NCBI RefSeq assembly: GCF_001194135.2
Contig: NC_068987.1
Location: 103,761,669 to 103,801,908, forward strand
Length of the DNA: 40,240 nucleotides
Reading direction: 5' to 3'
DNA from: Octopus bimaculoides
Taxonomy: Eukaryota
Shown here: one piece after another, positions 1-11,225 of the stretch
How the letters are laid out: every line of letters begins with the position of its first letter
Position numbering within the stretch: position 1 is the first letter of the stretch
Notes under the pieces: model-generated
Databases searched by the model: none
What the model was told of the DNA's origin: nothing
Seen by the model: the letters and a program-made list of their open reading frames with translations, nothing else
Translations under genes and position numbers: made by a program

Positions 1-43
<43 letters not shown>

Positions 44-47
44 TACA

Positions 48-200
48 ACAGGCTTCTTTCAGTTTCCGTCTACCAAATCCACTCACAGGGCTTTGGTCGG
101 CTCGAAGCTATAGTAGAAGACAGTTGCCTAAGGTGCCACGCAGTGAGACTGAACTCGGAACCATGTGATTGGGAAGCAAGCTTCTTACCACACAGTCACT
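48..200 (-). mobile_element. SINE family A, 5' half
   Basis: Reverse complement of gtggctgtgtggtaagaagcttgcttccc...gtggatttggtagacggaaactgaaagaagcc. Confidence 0.85.
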
Positions 201-201
201 C

Positions 202-254
<53 letters not shown>

Positions 255-299
255 CGCGTGTGTGTATACACACACACATATACACACACACACCAGCAT

Positions 300-830
300 G
301 ACGTCTATCACCACACCACCGAAACGAACTCCAACGCCACCGTTACCTACTCTAATATTAACAATATCACAACTCCCTCCGCCACTAATACAACTAGCAG
401 CACCATCACCGACCCACCATCAACAACGGCACTACCACTACCAGTCTGCCTATTAACCCCCCTTCTACTTGGTACTAACACTACCACCATTACTACAATC
501 CTCACCACCTCCACCTCTAACATCGTCATGATTGATTAAGATCGATAACTTGATCAAATAAGATGAAAGGAAAATTGCTTTAGAATTGATAACGAGATTA
601 ACTCTTCCTAATCTAATCAAATAAAAGTACCACCTAAACTAAACCACCACTAATACTACCTCCTAAACTGCAACACTGTGAATACCGCCACCTAAACTAC
701 AGCTCTAATGATAGTAACATCTATTGTGTTACTGATGGTACCGCCTAAACAAGGGCAGTATAAATGCTACCACTTAAATAACAGCACTATTGACTATTAA
801 TACTAGCACCTATACTATAACAGCTCTTTT
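300..830. repeat. Degenerate ACC/ACT-rich low-complexity tract
   Basis: C/A-skewed sequence with a recurring ccacctaaac motif. Confidence 0.7.
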
Positions 831-881
831 TATACGAATCTCTAAATCACAGTACTTCCAATATCACCACTTACGATGTGG

Positions 882-1001
882 TTTTTACATTCTGAGTTCA
901 AATTCCGCCGGAGTCGACTTTAACGTTCAGTACTGTGGTCGATGTAAGCGACTTATCCCCTCCTCCGAATTTACTGGCTTCGTGCCAAAATTTGAAATCA
1001 A
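882..1001 (+). mobile_element. SINE family B, partial and internally deleted
   Basis: ttctgagttcaaattccgccg.agtcgacttt...gtcgatgtaa.cgacttatcccc...gtgccaaaatttgaaa. Confidence 0.8.
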
Positions 1002-1016
1002 AACTATTTCGGTATA

Positions 1017-1236
1017 GGGCGGTGTGCTAGAAGAATCGTTAGCACGCCAGGTAAAATGCTTAGCAACATTTCGTCCGTCTTTATGTTCTGAGTTCGAATT
1101 CCGCAGAAATTGACTTTGCCTTTCATTCTTTCAGGGTCGATAAAATAAGAACCAAGCTGAGCACTTGAGTCGATGTAGATGACTTACCCCTCTCCCGAAT
1201 ATTGTTGGCCTTGTGCCAAAATTGGAAGTCAATATT
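1017..1236 (+). mobile_element. SINE family B, full length
   Basis: ggcgg.g.gct.gcagaatcgttagcacgcc head through ccttgtgccaaaattgaa tail. Confidence 0.88.
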
Positions 1237-1367
1237 TTGTTCTGTTGTGTTGGTTGTCTGTGGTTGAGTTCTACGCACAAAGTGTTATAATACATGGAAC
1301 ACAGTTTCGCAATCTTTGTAGTTTACTGTGGTTTGCTGTGAATCGATTGCAACAGTACTTGTATAAT

Positions 1368-1459
1368 TTACGATGAACACCATGTGTTTTCTGTACACCA
1401 GTGTTGTTGCTTCTCTTTTTTTCCTCTTGTCAAACTGTAGCACCTGCAACTTGCAGGTT
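1368..1459 (-). CDS. Possible terminal coding exon: (E)PASCRCYSLTRGKKEKQQHWCTENTWCSS*
   Basis: Acceptor gcatttttcag|AAC. A phase-1 entry stays open for 29 codons to TAA. A second frame is also open, so this is tentative. Confidence 0.3.
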
Positions 1460-1631
1460 CTGAAAAATGCTATTCTTGTACTCTACTTAAGTTTGTACTC
1501 TTCATTACACCGACTTATCGATCTGACAGCCAGTTAAAACTCGCGATGGTTCTGCGTTTGGTTGTACACTGTGGTCTCCTATGCTTGTTGCAAATGTTGT
1601 AAGAGAGTTGTATGTAACTTCAAGTATTTTT

Positions 1632-1678
<47 letters not shown>

Positions 1679-1866
1679 GTATATATATNNNNNNNNNNNN
1701 NNNNNNNNNNNNNNNNNNNNNNNNNNNNNNNNNNNNNNNNNNNNNNNNNNNNNNNNNNNNNNNNNNNNNNNNNNNNNNNNNNNNNNNNNNNNNNNNNNNN
1801 NNNNNNNNNNNNNNNNNNNNNNNNNNNNNNNNNNNNNNNNNNNNNNNNNNNNNNNNNNNNNNNNNN

Positions 1867-1973
1867 GGTTCAGTTCCACTGCGTGGCACCTTGGCCAAGT
1901 GTTTTCTACTATAGCCTCGGCCCGACCAAAGCCTTGTGAGTGGATTTGGTAGACGGAAACTGAAAGAAGCCTG

Positions 1974-2008
<35 letters not shown>

Positions 2009-2200
2009 TACCTCCACCATCGCTTGACAACCGATGCTGGTGTGTTTACGTTCCCATAACTTAACGGTTCGGCAAAAGAGACCGATAGAATAAGTACCAG
2101 GCTTTCAAAGAATAAGTCCAGGAGTAGATTTCTTCGACTAAAAGGCGGTGCTCCAGCATGGCCACAGTCAAAATAACTGAAACAAGTAAAAGATTAAAAG
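1867..2200 (+). mobile_element. SINE family A with internal (TG)n; head in gap
   Basis: Contiguous match to the other family-A copies through the ccagcatggcc.cagtc...ctgaaacaagtaaaaga tail. Confidence 0.9.
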
Positions 2201-2269
2201 CGATATATCGATCGATCTATCATCTCTCAGTAATACATTTATGTTATTCAGTGTGATGATTGGATGTAC

Positions 2270-2368
2270 CTGATGTTCTCTGGTCTTTTTGATAAGAAGA
2301 GAGAAGTTTATTGTTGTAGAGCCATCCTTTTAGGTGGGGGCTACATAAGGTTAAATAGGTTACATTTT
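2270..2368 (-). CDS. Exon 11 (99 nt, phase 1->1): (E)NVTYLTLCSPHLKGWLYNNKLLSSYQKDQRTS
   Basis: Acceptor caccattctctag|AAA, donor CAG|gtacat. The single open frame is in phase with exon 10. Confidence 0.55.
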
Positions 2369-2690
2369 CTAGAGAATGGTGAGCGAATCAAAGTTTGATG
2401 TTATTCGCATGTGACGCTGCCTGTATGTTTTGAAGAAGCATGGGAATGTCTTGTTGACATAAGTCGAAAAGTGTGGGTAAATGGGAGAATCCATGTGGTA
2501 CACCATTCAGGAAATTGCTGATTACTCTCGTACTCTACTGAGGCTTGTACTCTACACAGGTTTATCGGCTTAGATGCAAATTTGAACTCAGAGTTAAATG
2601 TTGTTCCTTAAGGTGGAATTCAGAAGAATTAAAAATATTTTCTGAATATTGTTACAGGATATTTCTTTGATTTATTGAAGTTTTTTTTCT

Positions 2691-3066
2691 GTGGCTGTGT
2701 GGTAAGATGTTCATTTCCCAACCGCGTGGTTCTGGGTTCAGTCACACTGCGCGGGACACTGCATGACACCGCAAACCGACTAAAGTTTTGTGAGTGGATT
2801 TGGTAGACAGAAACTGAAAGAAGACCGTCATATATATATGTATATATGTGTATGTATGTGTCTGTCTGTCTGTGTGTCACCACCTCTTGACAGTCGGTGT
2901 TGGTTTATTTACGTCCACGTATCTTAGCAGTACGGCAAAAGAGACCAATAGATTAAGCGGCAAGCTTGTGAAATATCAATAACTAGAGGAGACGATTCAT
3001 TCAGATACAACATTTCAAGGCAGTGCCCTAGCATGGCTGCAACCCAATGACTGAAGCAAGCAAAAG
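2691..3066 (+). mobile_element. SINE family A, diverged full length
   Basis: Head, internal TA/TG tract and tail are all recognisable. Confidence 0.85.
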
Positions 3067-3224
3067 GTAGTCAAGAGAGAAAGTAGTACGCATGACTCTT
3101 TACAAGAACTCTGAGACCGGTGGGAGGGAGCGAGGGAAGAAGTTATCCCCAAACAGGAGACCTGACCCGAAAACAGGGTGGGCTCCGTTAAAGGCATTCA
3201 TGATATCAGGCTAACGGCTTAAGT

Positions 3225-3310
3225 TTACCACCCGAGTAGACCATGGTGGGATTTGAACTCAGAACGCAAAGAGCTGGAACAAATTTCGCAAGGCTTCCCA
3301 TCCGATATTC
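3225..3310 (-). mobile_element. SINE family B-related fragment
   Basis: ggtgggatttgaactcagaacgcaaagagctggaacaaat. Confidence 0.6.
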
Positions 3311-3397
3311 TTACACTTTTTTTCAGTCCATCAATGTAAATAAACATTATGGGGCATTTTATGCTGCTCTTTAGAAATTCAGAGGAATTAGAAGTTA

Positions 3398-3629
3398 ATA
3401 TTTTTAGGTGCAAAAAGTTATATTTGTGCAATGTCACACACGTCACACTTTTCGGATCTTCTTAAAGATTCAACATAAACTCCAGGTAAAACAATTTCTG
3501 TTGGACTAACCCGACAAGTTTCAAGCAAAACTTTTTTACAAAGCATTTATGTTGAATTCTTGAAGAAGGTCCAAAAAGTGTGACGTATATAACATTGCGC
3601 AAAATAAACATTTTTCACCTGAAAATAAT
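3398..3629. mobile_element. Old foldback with ~85-bp inverted arms
   Basis: 3398-3480 versus the reverse complement of 3546-3629 share tttt.aggtg.aaaa...gcaatgt.a.a.acgtcacactttt.gga.cttctt.aag...caacataaa. Confidence 0.65.
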
Positions 3630-3634
3630 GATTT

Positions 3635-3829
3635 AAATTTTTCGCACAAGGCTAGCAATTTCGTGGGAGGGAGAAAATCTATTACATCGACACCAGTGCT
3701 CAACTGGTACTTATTTAACCGACCCCGAAAGAATGAAAGGTAAAGTTGACCTCGGCAGAATTTGAACTCAGAACGTAAAGACGGACGAAATTCGGTTAAG
3801 TATTTTGCCCGGCGTATTAATGATTCTAC
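3635..3829 (-). mobile_element. SINE family B, head truncated by a family-C tail
   Basis: Reverse-complement match to family B. Confidence 0.85.
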
Positions 3830-3830
3830 T

Positions 3831-4224
3831 TGCTGTTGTTGTTGTTGGCACTCCGTCGCTTACGACGTCGAGGGTCCAGTTGATCCAATCAACGGAACAG
3901 TCTGCTCATGAAATTAACGTGCAAGTGGCTGAGCACTCCACAGACACGTGTACCCTTAACGTAGTTCTCAGGGATATTCAACGTGACACAGTGCGGCAAG
4001 GCTGGCCCTTTGAAATACAGGCACAACAGAAACAGGAAGAAAGAGTGAGAGAAAGTTGTGGTGGAAGAGTACAGCAGGGTTCGCCACCATCCCCTGTCGG
4101 AGCCTCGTGGGGCTTTTAGGTGTTTTCGCTCAATAAACACTCACAACGCCCGGTTTGGGAATCGAAGCCGCAATCCTATGACCGTGAGTCCGCTGCCCTA
4201 ACCACTGGGCCATTGCGCCTCCAC
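3831..4224 (-). mobile_element. tRNA-derived SINE, family C, full length
   Basis: Minus-strand head GTGGAGGCGCAATGGCCCAGTGGTTAGGG with A box TGGCCCAGTGG and B-box-like GCTTCGATTCC, and a (CAA)n tail. Highly similar to 5387-5769. Confidence 0.9.
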
Positions 4225-4254
4225 ATACACTGAGAGACACGTACGAACAAACGC

Positions 4255-4668
4255 GCGCGCGCACGCGCACACACACACACACACACACACATACACACAC
4301 ACAAACACACACACATGCACACACACACACACACACACTCGTCTTACCGCTTTTAAAATGAAGGCCACATTCCATTATGGAGTTTCTTCTAGATACAGTA
4401 ATGCCCGAGAAAGAGACGTAACGATTAAAGCTGGAACTCCTCTGATTAAAGTTCTGACTGTTAAGAGTTAATCTCAGATAAACAACACCAACAACAACAA
4501 CTGCAGCAATATCATAAACAGCATCGTAAACAGCCGCAACAACAACAGCGACAGCCACAGCAACAACAACTGTGGCCGACATCTACATATCTGACTAGAT
4601 TCTGGTTACGTTATAAACTAATAAATATACAAATGAAATCAGGTAATCAAATCACACTCTTCTCTCTC

Positions 4669-4726
<58 letters not shown>

Positions 4727-4766
4727 TCTCTCTCTCTCTCTCTCTCACACACACACTCTCTCTCTT

Positions 4767-4806
<40 letters not shown>
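4255..4806. repeat. (CA)n, (CAA/CAG)n and (CT)n tracts around exon 10
   Basis: (CA)n 4255-4338, (CAA)-like 4481-4572, (CT)n 4660-4806. Confidence 0.9.
4348..4457 (-). CDS. Exon 10 (110 nt, phase 2->1): (S)QNFNQRSSSFNRYVSFSGITVSRRNSIMECGLHFKS
   Basis: Acceptor ttaactcttaacag|TCA, donor GCG|gtaaga. Only one frame is open; a unique island between (CA)n and (CAA)n tracts. Confidence 0.7.
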
Positions 4807-4809
<3 letters not shown>

Positions 4810-4889
4810 TTATACATCTCATTCTTTTTAGGTTAGCTGTAAACCTCCCTTCGGTATTTTCCGCTTTGTTCTCTCGCTGTCACAAATAC

Positions 4890-5227
4890 TATTTATGCAT
4901 GAATGTATACATAATATATATATACGCAAGTGTGTGCATATGCGTGTGTGTGTGTACATACATACAGGAATACATACACACATACAAACGAACGAAACAC
5001 ACAAACAAACACATAGTTACCTCTCTCCGCCTCTTCTCTATTAAATTGTCTTAATATGCTGTATCTCAATAGATGTGTTGCTTCCTATCTCGAAAATTAA
5101 GCATATGGAATGCATACTGTGTTTTGGGTGTATATATATATATATATATTGAAAATATATATATATATGTATGTGTGTGTATGTATAAATATGTATATAT
5201 ATTGAATATATGTATGTGTGTGTGTGA

Positions 5228-5262
<35 letters not shown>

Positions 5263-5345
5263 ACTATATATATATATATATACACACATATATATACATA
5301 TATATGTATATATACATACATATATATGCGCGTGTGTGTGTGTAG
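4890..5345. repeat. Compound (TA)/(TG)/(CA) microsatellites
   Basis: Direct reading. Confidence 0.9.
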
Positions 5346-5386
5346 TATAAAGGTATAAACAGACAAGCAACTGGTCCTTCGTCAGA

Positions 5387-5769
5387 TTGTTGTTGTTGGC
5401 ACTCCGTCGCTTGCGACGTCGAGGGTTCCAGTTGATCCGATCAACGGAACAGCCTGCTCGTGAAATTAACGTGCAAGTGGCTGAGCACTCCACAGACACA
5501 TGTACCCTTAACGTAGTTCTCGGGGCGATTCAGCGTGACACAGTGTGACAAGGCTGACCCTTTGAATTACAGGCACAACAGAAACAAGAAGTAAGAGTGA
5601 GTTGTAGTGAAAGAGTACAGCAGGGTTCACCACCATCCCCTGCTGGAGCCTCGTGGAGCTTTAGGTGTTTTCGCTCAATAAACACTCACAACGCCCGGTC
5701 TGGAAATCGAAACCGCGATCCTATGATCGCGAGTCCGCTGCCCCAACCACTGGGCCATTGCGCCTCCAC
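5387..5769 (-). mobile_element. tRNA-derived SINE, family C, full length with TSD
   Basis: Same head and tail as 3831-4224. The 10-bp direct repeat CTTCGTCAGA lies at 5377-5386 and 5771-5780. Confidence 0.9.
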
Positions 5770-6074
5770 GCTTCGTCAGAATATGACGTTCATATATAGA
5801 AAGCATGAGGGTAGAATTGAATGTTACAGGAGTTCAGATCAGAAGAGGTTGATAAGGATCAGTTCAAAATGTTCATAATGGTCATGGTACATGCTGGAAT
5901 TCGCCTGGAACAATTATATAGTAAGTCAAAGTTATTGGTCTCAGTTAAAGCAAGCCATCGTAGGTTGAATGCAAAACTGGCTGAGAAGAAAGGAACAAAG
6001 GAAGGTAGGTGTGCTGATAGTCTCTTACAGCTGTTTCAAGAATAGATGTGCACATGATGCATTACCCTCTATAC

Positions 6075-6106
<32 letters not shown>

Positions 6107-6169
6107 TAAAGTCTGTCATACCGGCCATAACGAAGGGAAATAGCCCTGAAACTCGAGTCGCCTTTATAT

Positions 6170-6655
6170 ATTTATATTTATATATTTGATCCTTTATATT
6201 GAACACTCAATATTTCATCTACATTCAATACTTTATTTCATGGTCCCATCCATTTTTATTTTATTTTATTTTATATTATATATTGTATATTATATTATAT
6301 ATTGTATATTCCATATTCTATACCCCACATTGGTTCTGCNNNNNNNNNNTATATATATATATGGGTTTATGCACACGTACACACACACACACACGCACAC
6401 ACACACACGCACACACACACACACGCACACACACACGCACATACAAACACACATACGTATGTGCTTGTAATGTATCATATATATATATATGCATACATAC
6501 ATATACACATAACATATACATATATACGTATGCTTATTGTATTATATTACATTATATTATATATATGCATACGTGCACATATACATAACATATACATAAC
6601 ATACATATATACGTATGCATACATGTATGTATGTGTGTGCGCGCGCGTATGCGTT
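6170..6655. repeat. AT-rich tract plus compound (CA)/(TA) microsatellite
   Basis: Direct reading; includes a 10-nt gap. Confidence 0.9.
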
Positions 6656-6769
6656 TATAAATTATTTACAGGATTGGTGAAGTGCTAACTTACAAAATTC
6701 TTAGGCCTTGAGTCGCTCTGTTGCTTCTTGTAAATATCAATAAAAATATAGTATGTATGTATGTATGTT

Positions 6770-6843
6770 TTAAAGGCGGGCCCCAGCATGGCCGCAGTCA
6801 AATGACTGAAACAAGTAAAAGAGTAAAAGAGTAAAAGAGTAAA
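6770..6843 (+). mobile_element. SINE family A, 3' end with (GAGTAAAA)n tail
   Basis: aaggcgggccccagcatggccgcagtcaaatgactgaaacaagtaaaagagtaaaagagtaaaagag. Confidence 0.85.
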
Positions 6844-6952
6844 TGTATGTATGTATGTATGGATGGATGGATGGATGGAAGTATTTATATGTGTGTGTAT
6901 ATATTTATGCATACATATATGTATGCATATATATGTATGTATATATTTTTTC

Positions 6953-7143
6953 TTTTATTTCTTTTACTTTTTTCAATCATTTGACTGCAGCCATGCTGGT
7001 GTACCACCTTTAGTCGAGCAGATCGACCCCAGGACTTATTCTTTGTAAGATTAGTACTTAGTTTATCGTCCTCTTGAGCCCAAATGCTAAGTTACGGGGA
7101 CGTAAACACAGTAATATCGGTTGTCAAATGATGAGGGGGGGGG
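6953..7143 (-). mobile_element. SINE family A, 3' half, running into a gap
   Basis: Reverse complement of the family-A 3' half. Confidence 0.85.
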
Positions 7144-7525
7144 NNNNNNNNNNNNNNNNNNNNNNNNNNNNNNNNNNNNNNNNNNNNNNNNNNNNNNNNN
7201 NNNNNNNNNNNNNNNNNNNNNNNNNNNNNNNNNNNNNNNNNNNNNNNNNNNNNNNNNNNNNNNNNNNNNNNNNNNNNNNNNNNNNNNNNNNNNNNNNNNN
7301 NNNNNNNNNNNNNNNNNNNNNNNNNNNNNNNNNNNNNNNNNNNNNNNNNNNNNNNNNNNNNNNNNNNNNNNNNNNNNNNNNNNNNNNNNNNNNNNNNNNN
7401 NNNNNNNNNNNNNNNNNNNNNNNNNNNNNNNNNNNNNNNNNNNNNNNNNNNNNNNNNNNNNNNNNNNNNNNNNNNNNNNNNNNNNNNNNNNNNNNNNNNN
7501 NNNNNNNNNNNNNNNNNNNNNNNNN

Positions 7526-8005
7526 GTATAGGACAATCAGAAAGTTGTCTTAATAGGACTCAGAGTTTCAAATGCCGGATCTAAGAGCTACGATGCATTT
7601 TCGTCGGCTATTTTGACAATAGACTCTATGAAAAAAAAAGCCGTTGAATAAAAAGGAAGTTACTCTAGTATGTATATGTATATGCGTGTGTGCGTGTAGA
7701 GATGTGTATATGGGCAGGTAAATGCACGTATATGTTTTATGTGTGTATGGGCATATATGTGTGTATGGGCATATATATATACATGTTTGTGTGAGTGTGT
7801 ATGTATTGTAAGAATATGGTTGCATGTATTTTTATAATTTTTATCTTTTATAATTTTTCCTGTCTATTAGAGTAACTTCCCTTTTATTCCACGGTTTTTT
7901 CATAGCGTTTATTGTCAAAATAGCCGACGGAAATGCATCGTAGCTCTTAGCTCCAGCATTTGAAACTCTGAGTCCAATTATGACAACTTACTGATTGTCC
8001 TATAC
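7526..8005. mobile_element. Foldback element (MITE-like) with ~140-bp inverted arms
   Basis: 7526-7670 is the reverse complement of 7865-8005 with about 10 substitutions and one indel. The spacer is TATG-rich. The left end abuts an N gap. Confidence 0.75.
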
Positions 8006-8063
8006 TATACATTTATAAATTCCTCTATTTACATAATATCGAGGTCTCATTCTTTTGTTGTCA

Positions 8064-8186
<123 letters not shown>

Positions 8187-8499
8187 GCCTTTATTACTAT
8201 TTCTCTCATACTTTATCTTTTTTTCCCCCCAAGAAGCTTCCACTTCCTTCCCCCCCTCTCTCTTTCTCCTTATTCTCTTCATCAATTAACACTGTCTTCC
8301 AACACACTTGCATTGTATGTCTCTCATACAACATTCTCCTTTCCTCTACTTCTCCAGCAATGGAGGAGGATTTACAGATTCTATATCAATTGATAATGAA
8401 CGAGATCTGTCGTTTGTTAACAACTTCCGGTTGTTTCTCAAACCGATTTACACAGTCAAGTAACATCTGTCCGTCTGTCTTCACCGTATAATATTTATT

Positions 8500-9500
8500 C
8501 CACCACCACCACCACCACCACCACCAACTTCACGACCGCTACCCAACAAGCGCTAGCGTCAACAACTCCAATAACATTATTAGCACCACTACCACCATCA
8601 CTCCTCCCCAACGAGCGCTAGCGTCCGCAGCACCAAGACCATCATTAAATCCACCACTATCACCATTACAAACACCATCACCACCACCACCACTACCACC
8701 TTCACCATTATCAACATCAACATCACCATCACCAACAACAACACCAACAACAACAACAACAACAACATGGCTATTAACACCAGTTCTAGCAGCCTCCCAC
8801 CAACCATTTTGTTGTTGACAACGACGGCCAAAACTCGTCAGGAGGTGACTACCACCACCACCACCACCACCACCACCACCATCATCATCACCTCAATCAT
8901 CATCATCACCATCAACAGTTACATCACGCTTATCTCTGCCTACACAACCAGTATCATCTTCATACCACTACACCATCACTTACACCACCACCACCACCAT
9001 ACGCTCCCACCCCACCCTTCACTATAAACTGTACCATTACCACACCTCTTCTTACAGCCCCAGCTATGCCATCAGCTACATCATATGCACCATCATCTAT
9101 ATCACCACTGATACTACCGCCTAATCTATGAACTACACCATCACTAACACCACTTCCAATTTCACTTAATCAACACTCATATCACTTATACTATCAGTTA
9201 CACCGTCACCGAAAACCCCGTCTTCGACACCATCCACATTATCACCTAGACCACCACTACACCATCTCAAACACTCTGTTAACAGCCTGGGCATCCGTAC
9301 CACCGCCTACACCGTCTATACCGCCTATACCGCTTGCACCGCCTTCATCGCCTACACTATCAATAATGTCATTATTTACATCAGCGCTAAACCACCACAT
9401 GCGAAATCATCTACACCTCTATTTTCATCAACACGTACACCCACTACTTCTACCAGCAACTACACCACACCAGCGCATACACCGTCACTTTCACCATCAC
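8500..9500. repeat. (CAC/CAT/CAA)n trinucleotide and degenerate ACC-rich tract
   Basis: Direct reading. Confidence 0.85.
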
Positions 9501-9828
9501 CTGTATCAGGCATTCACATAGTTTGTCGAGAAGCGGGCCGCACGAGGTATGAATCATCATCAAGCGGACCACACTACTAAAACACAATTATTCACAGTAG
9601 TATTGCACTGGCGTCTCATTCTGGGAGCCCCCCATCGGCTGCCGTTTGCTCATCACTGACTTACACTATTACATACGTAATGAACAATATTTTCATCTCT
9701 CCAAACAACTACTTCTTCCATCGCCTGCACCATTGGTCAACTGTACCACCACCCATACCACCACGTACACCACTACCTATACTATCGTCTACATCCCTTC
9801 CTACACTATTAACAATGCTATCAATAAT

Positions 9829-10028
9829 TCTTTCTTACTATAGGACAAGACTTGAAATTTGGAGGGAGGTGGGAGGAAGGGAGCTAATCAATTACATCGA
9901 TCCCAGTGATCTGGTATATATTTCATCAACTCCGAAAGGAGGAATCTAAACTCAGAACGTGAAGACGGATTTAATGCCACTAAGCATTTTGTTCGGCGTG
10001 CTAATAATTCTGCCAGCTCGCTGCTTTG
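9829..10028 (-). mobile_element. SINE family B with 17-bp TSD
   Basis: ACAATGCTATCAATAAT at 9812-9828 and 10029-10045. Confidence 0.9.
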
Positions 10029-10081
10029 ACAATGCTATCAATAATACTAAACAGGAAAGAGTCAGTATTTCTCTTCTCAAA

Positions 10082-10300
10082 GACGACGAACTGGCAGAAA
10101 CGTTAGCACGCCGAGCGAAATGCTTAGCGGTATTTCGTCTGCCGTTACGTTCTGAGTTCAGATTGCGCCGAGGTCGACTTTGCCTTTCATCCTTTCGGGG
10201 TCGATAAATTAAGTACCAGTTGCGTACTGGGGTTGATCTAATCCACTGGCTCCCTCCCCAAAAATTTCGAGCTTTGTGCCTGGAGTAGAAAAGATTATTT
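10082..10300 (+). mobile_element. SINE family B, full length
   Basis: Close match to the other copies; cctggagtagaaaagattatt tail variant. Confidence 0.9.
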
Positions 10301-10484
10301 CCCTCCTCTACGTCTCAGGCTCAGCTCACGAAATTTAATGTCAAACGCTTCACTGACAAAAATAAGCTTTGTGAACAAGACTACAAAAATGAAATGGTCT
10401 GCAAAAGAACGACGATGGCGTTAGAAACATCTTAAGGGTTGTTACAGCGTCGGACAATTAGTTTCGCAAAATTTGTTCCAACTT

Positions 10485-10712
10485 TAAGGCGGCGTGCTAG
10501 CAGAATCGTTAGTCATCGAACAAAATGCTCAGCGGCATTTCGTCCGTCTTTACGTCCTTAATTCCAATTCTGCCGAGATTAGCTTTGTCTTTCATCCCTC
10601 TCGGGGTCGATTAATTAAATATCAGTTGAACATTAGCCGACAGTTGACCACTAATCGACTAGTCCCCCTCCTCCGGAATTGTTGGCCTTAAGCCAAAATT
10701 TGAAAACGATAT
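10485..10712 (+). mobile_element. SINE family B, diverged full length
   Basis: Head to tail match. Confidence 0.85.
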
Positions 10713-10846
10713 AGATGAGTGTTGATTTCATTTTCATTTTCGCTTATACATTATTTAAACAAAGTGCAACACTAGACACGCGCACACACGCACATACATA
10801 CATACATTCATATATATATATATATATACACGCATATATATATGTG

Positions 10847-10901
<55 letters not shown>

Positions 10902-11152
10902 ATATGAACATAACGTCGCTTCTAGACTTAAAGCTGTCAACCCAGTCACGTGAGACTTACATTAATTAAAATCTAATTAAGATCTATGACTAATTAAAAT
11001 TCATAAAGATCTGTAGATAACAATGAAAATGAGAGTATTTAAAGAATTCATAGCTGTAAATATACAGTATAGGCGAAATATGGTTGATCACTGTTTTCTT
11101 TATACCTGCACTAAACAATGATTGTTTTTTTGTTTTTTTTTAAGGTAAATAC

Positions 11153-11201
11153 CTGTTTTCCCAATCTATTAAATTGAAATTATTTTTGAGGAATGGTGGA
11201 T
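11153..11201 (-). CDS. Exon 9 (49 nt, phase 1->2): (Y)PPFLKNNFNLIDWEN
   Basis: Acceptor tttcgtccacttccag|ATC, donor CAG|gtattt. Only one frame is open. Confidence 0.65.
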
Positions 11202-11225
11202 CTGGAAGTGGACGAAACTATAAAT

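Noticed and set aside
4150-4224. tRNA-like sequence (also 5695-5769)
   Set aside because: It is the A/B-box head of a SINE attached to about 320 bp of body and tail, with no complete cloverleaf.
5365-5390. Minus-strand CTGACGAAGGAC at the family-C insertion site as a hammerhead
   Set aside because: No GAAA follows the putative stem II.
10330-10398. 69-nt minus-strand exon candidate (HFIFVVLFTKLIFVSEAFDIKF, phase 1->1)
   Set aside because: The acceptor is good, but the phase does not fit between exons 9 and 10 (phase 2). An equally plausible plus-strand reading overlaps it.
10961-11010. 50-nt minus-strand segment with good splice sites
   Set aside because: Stops in all three frames and extremely AT-rich. 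It cannot be distinguished from a chance pseudo-exon.
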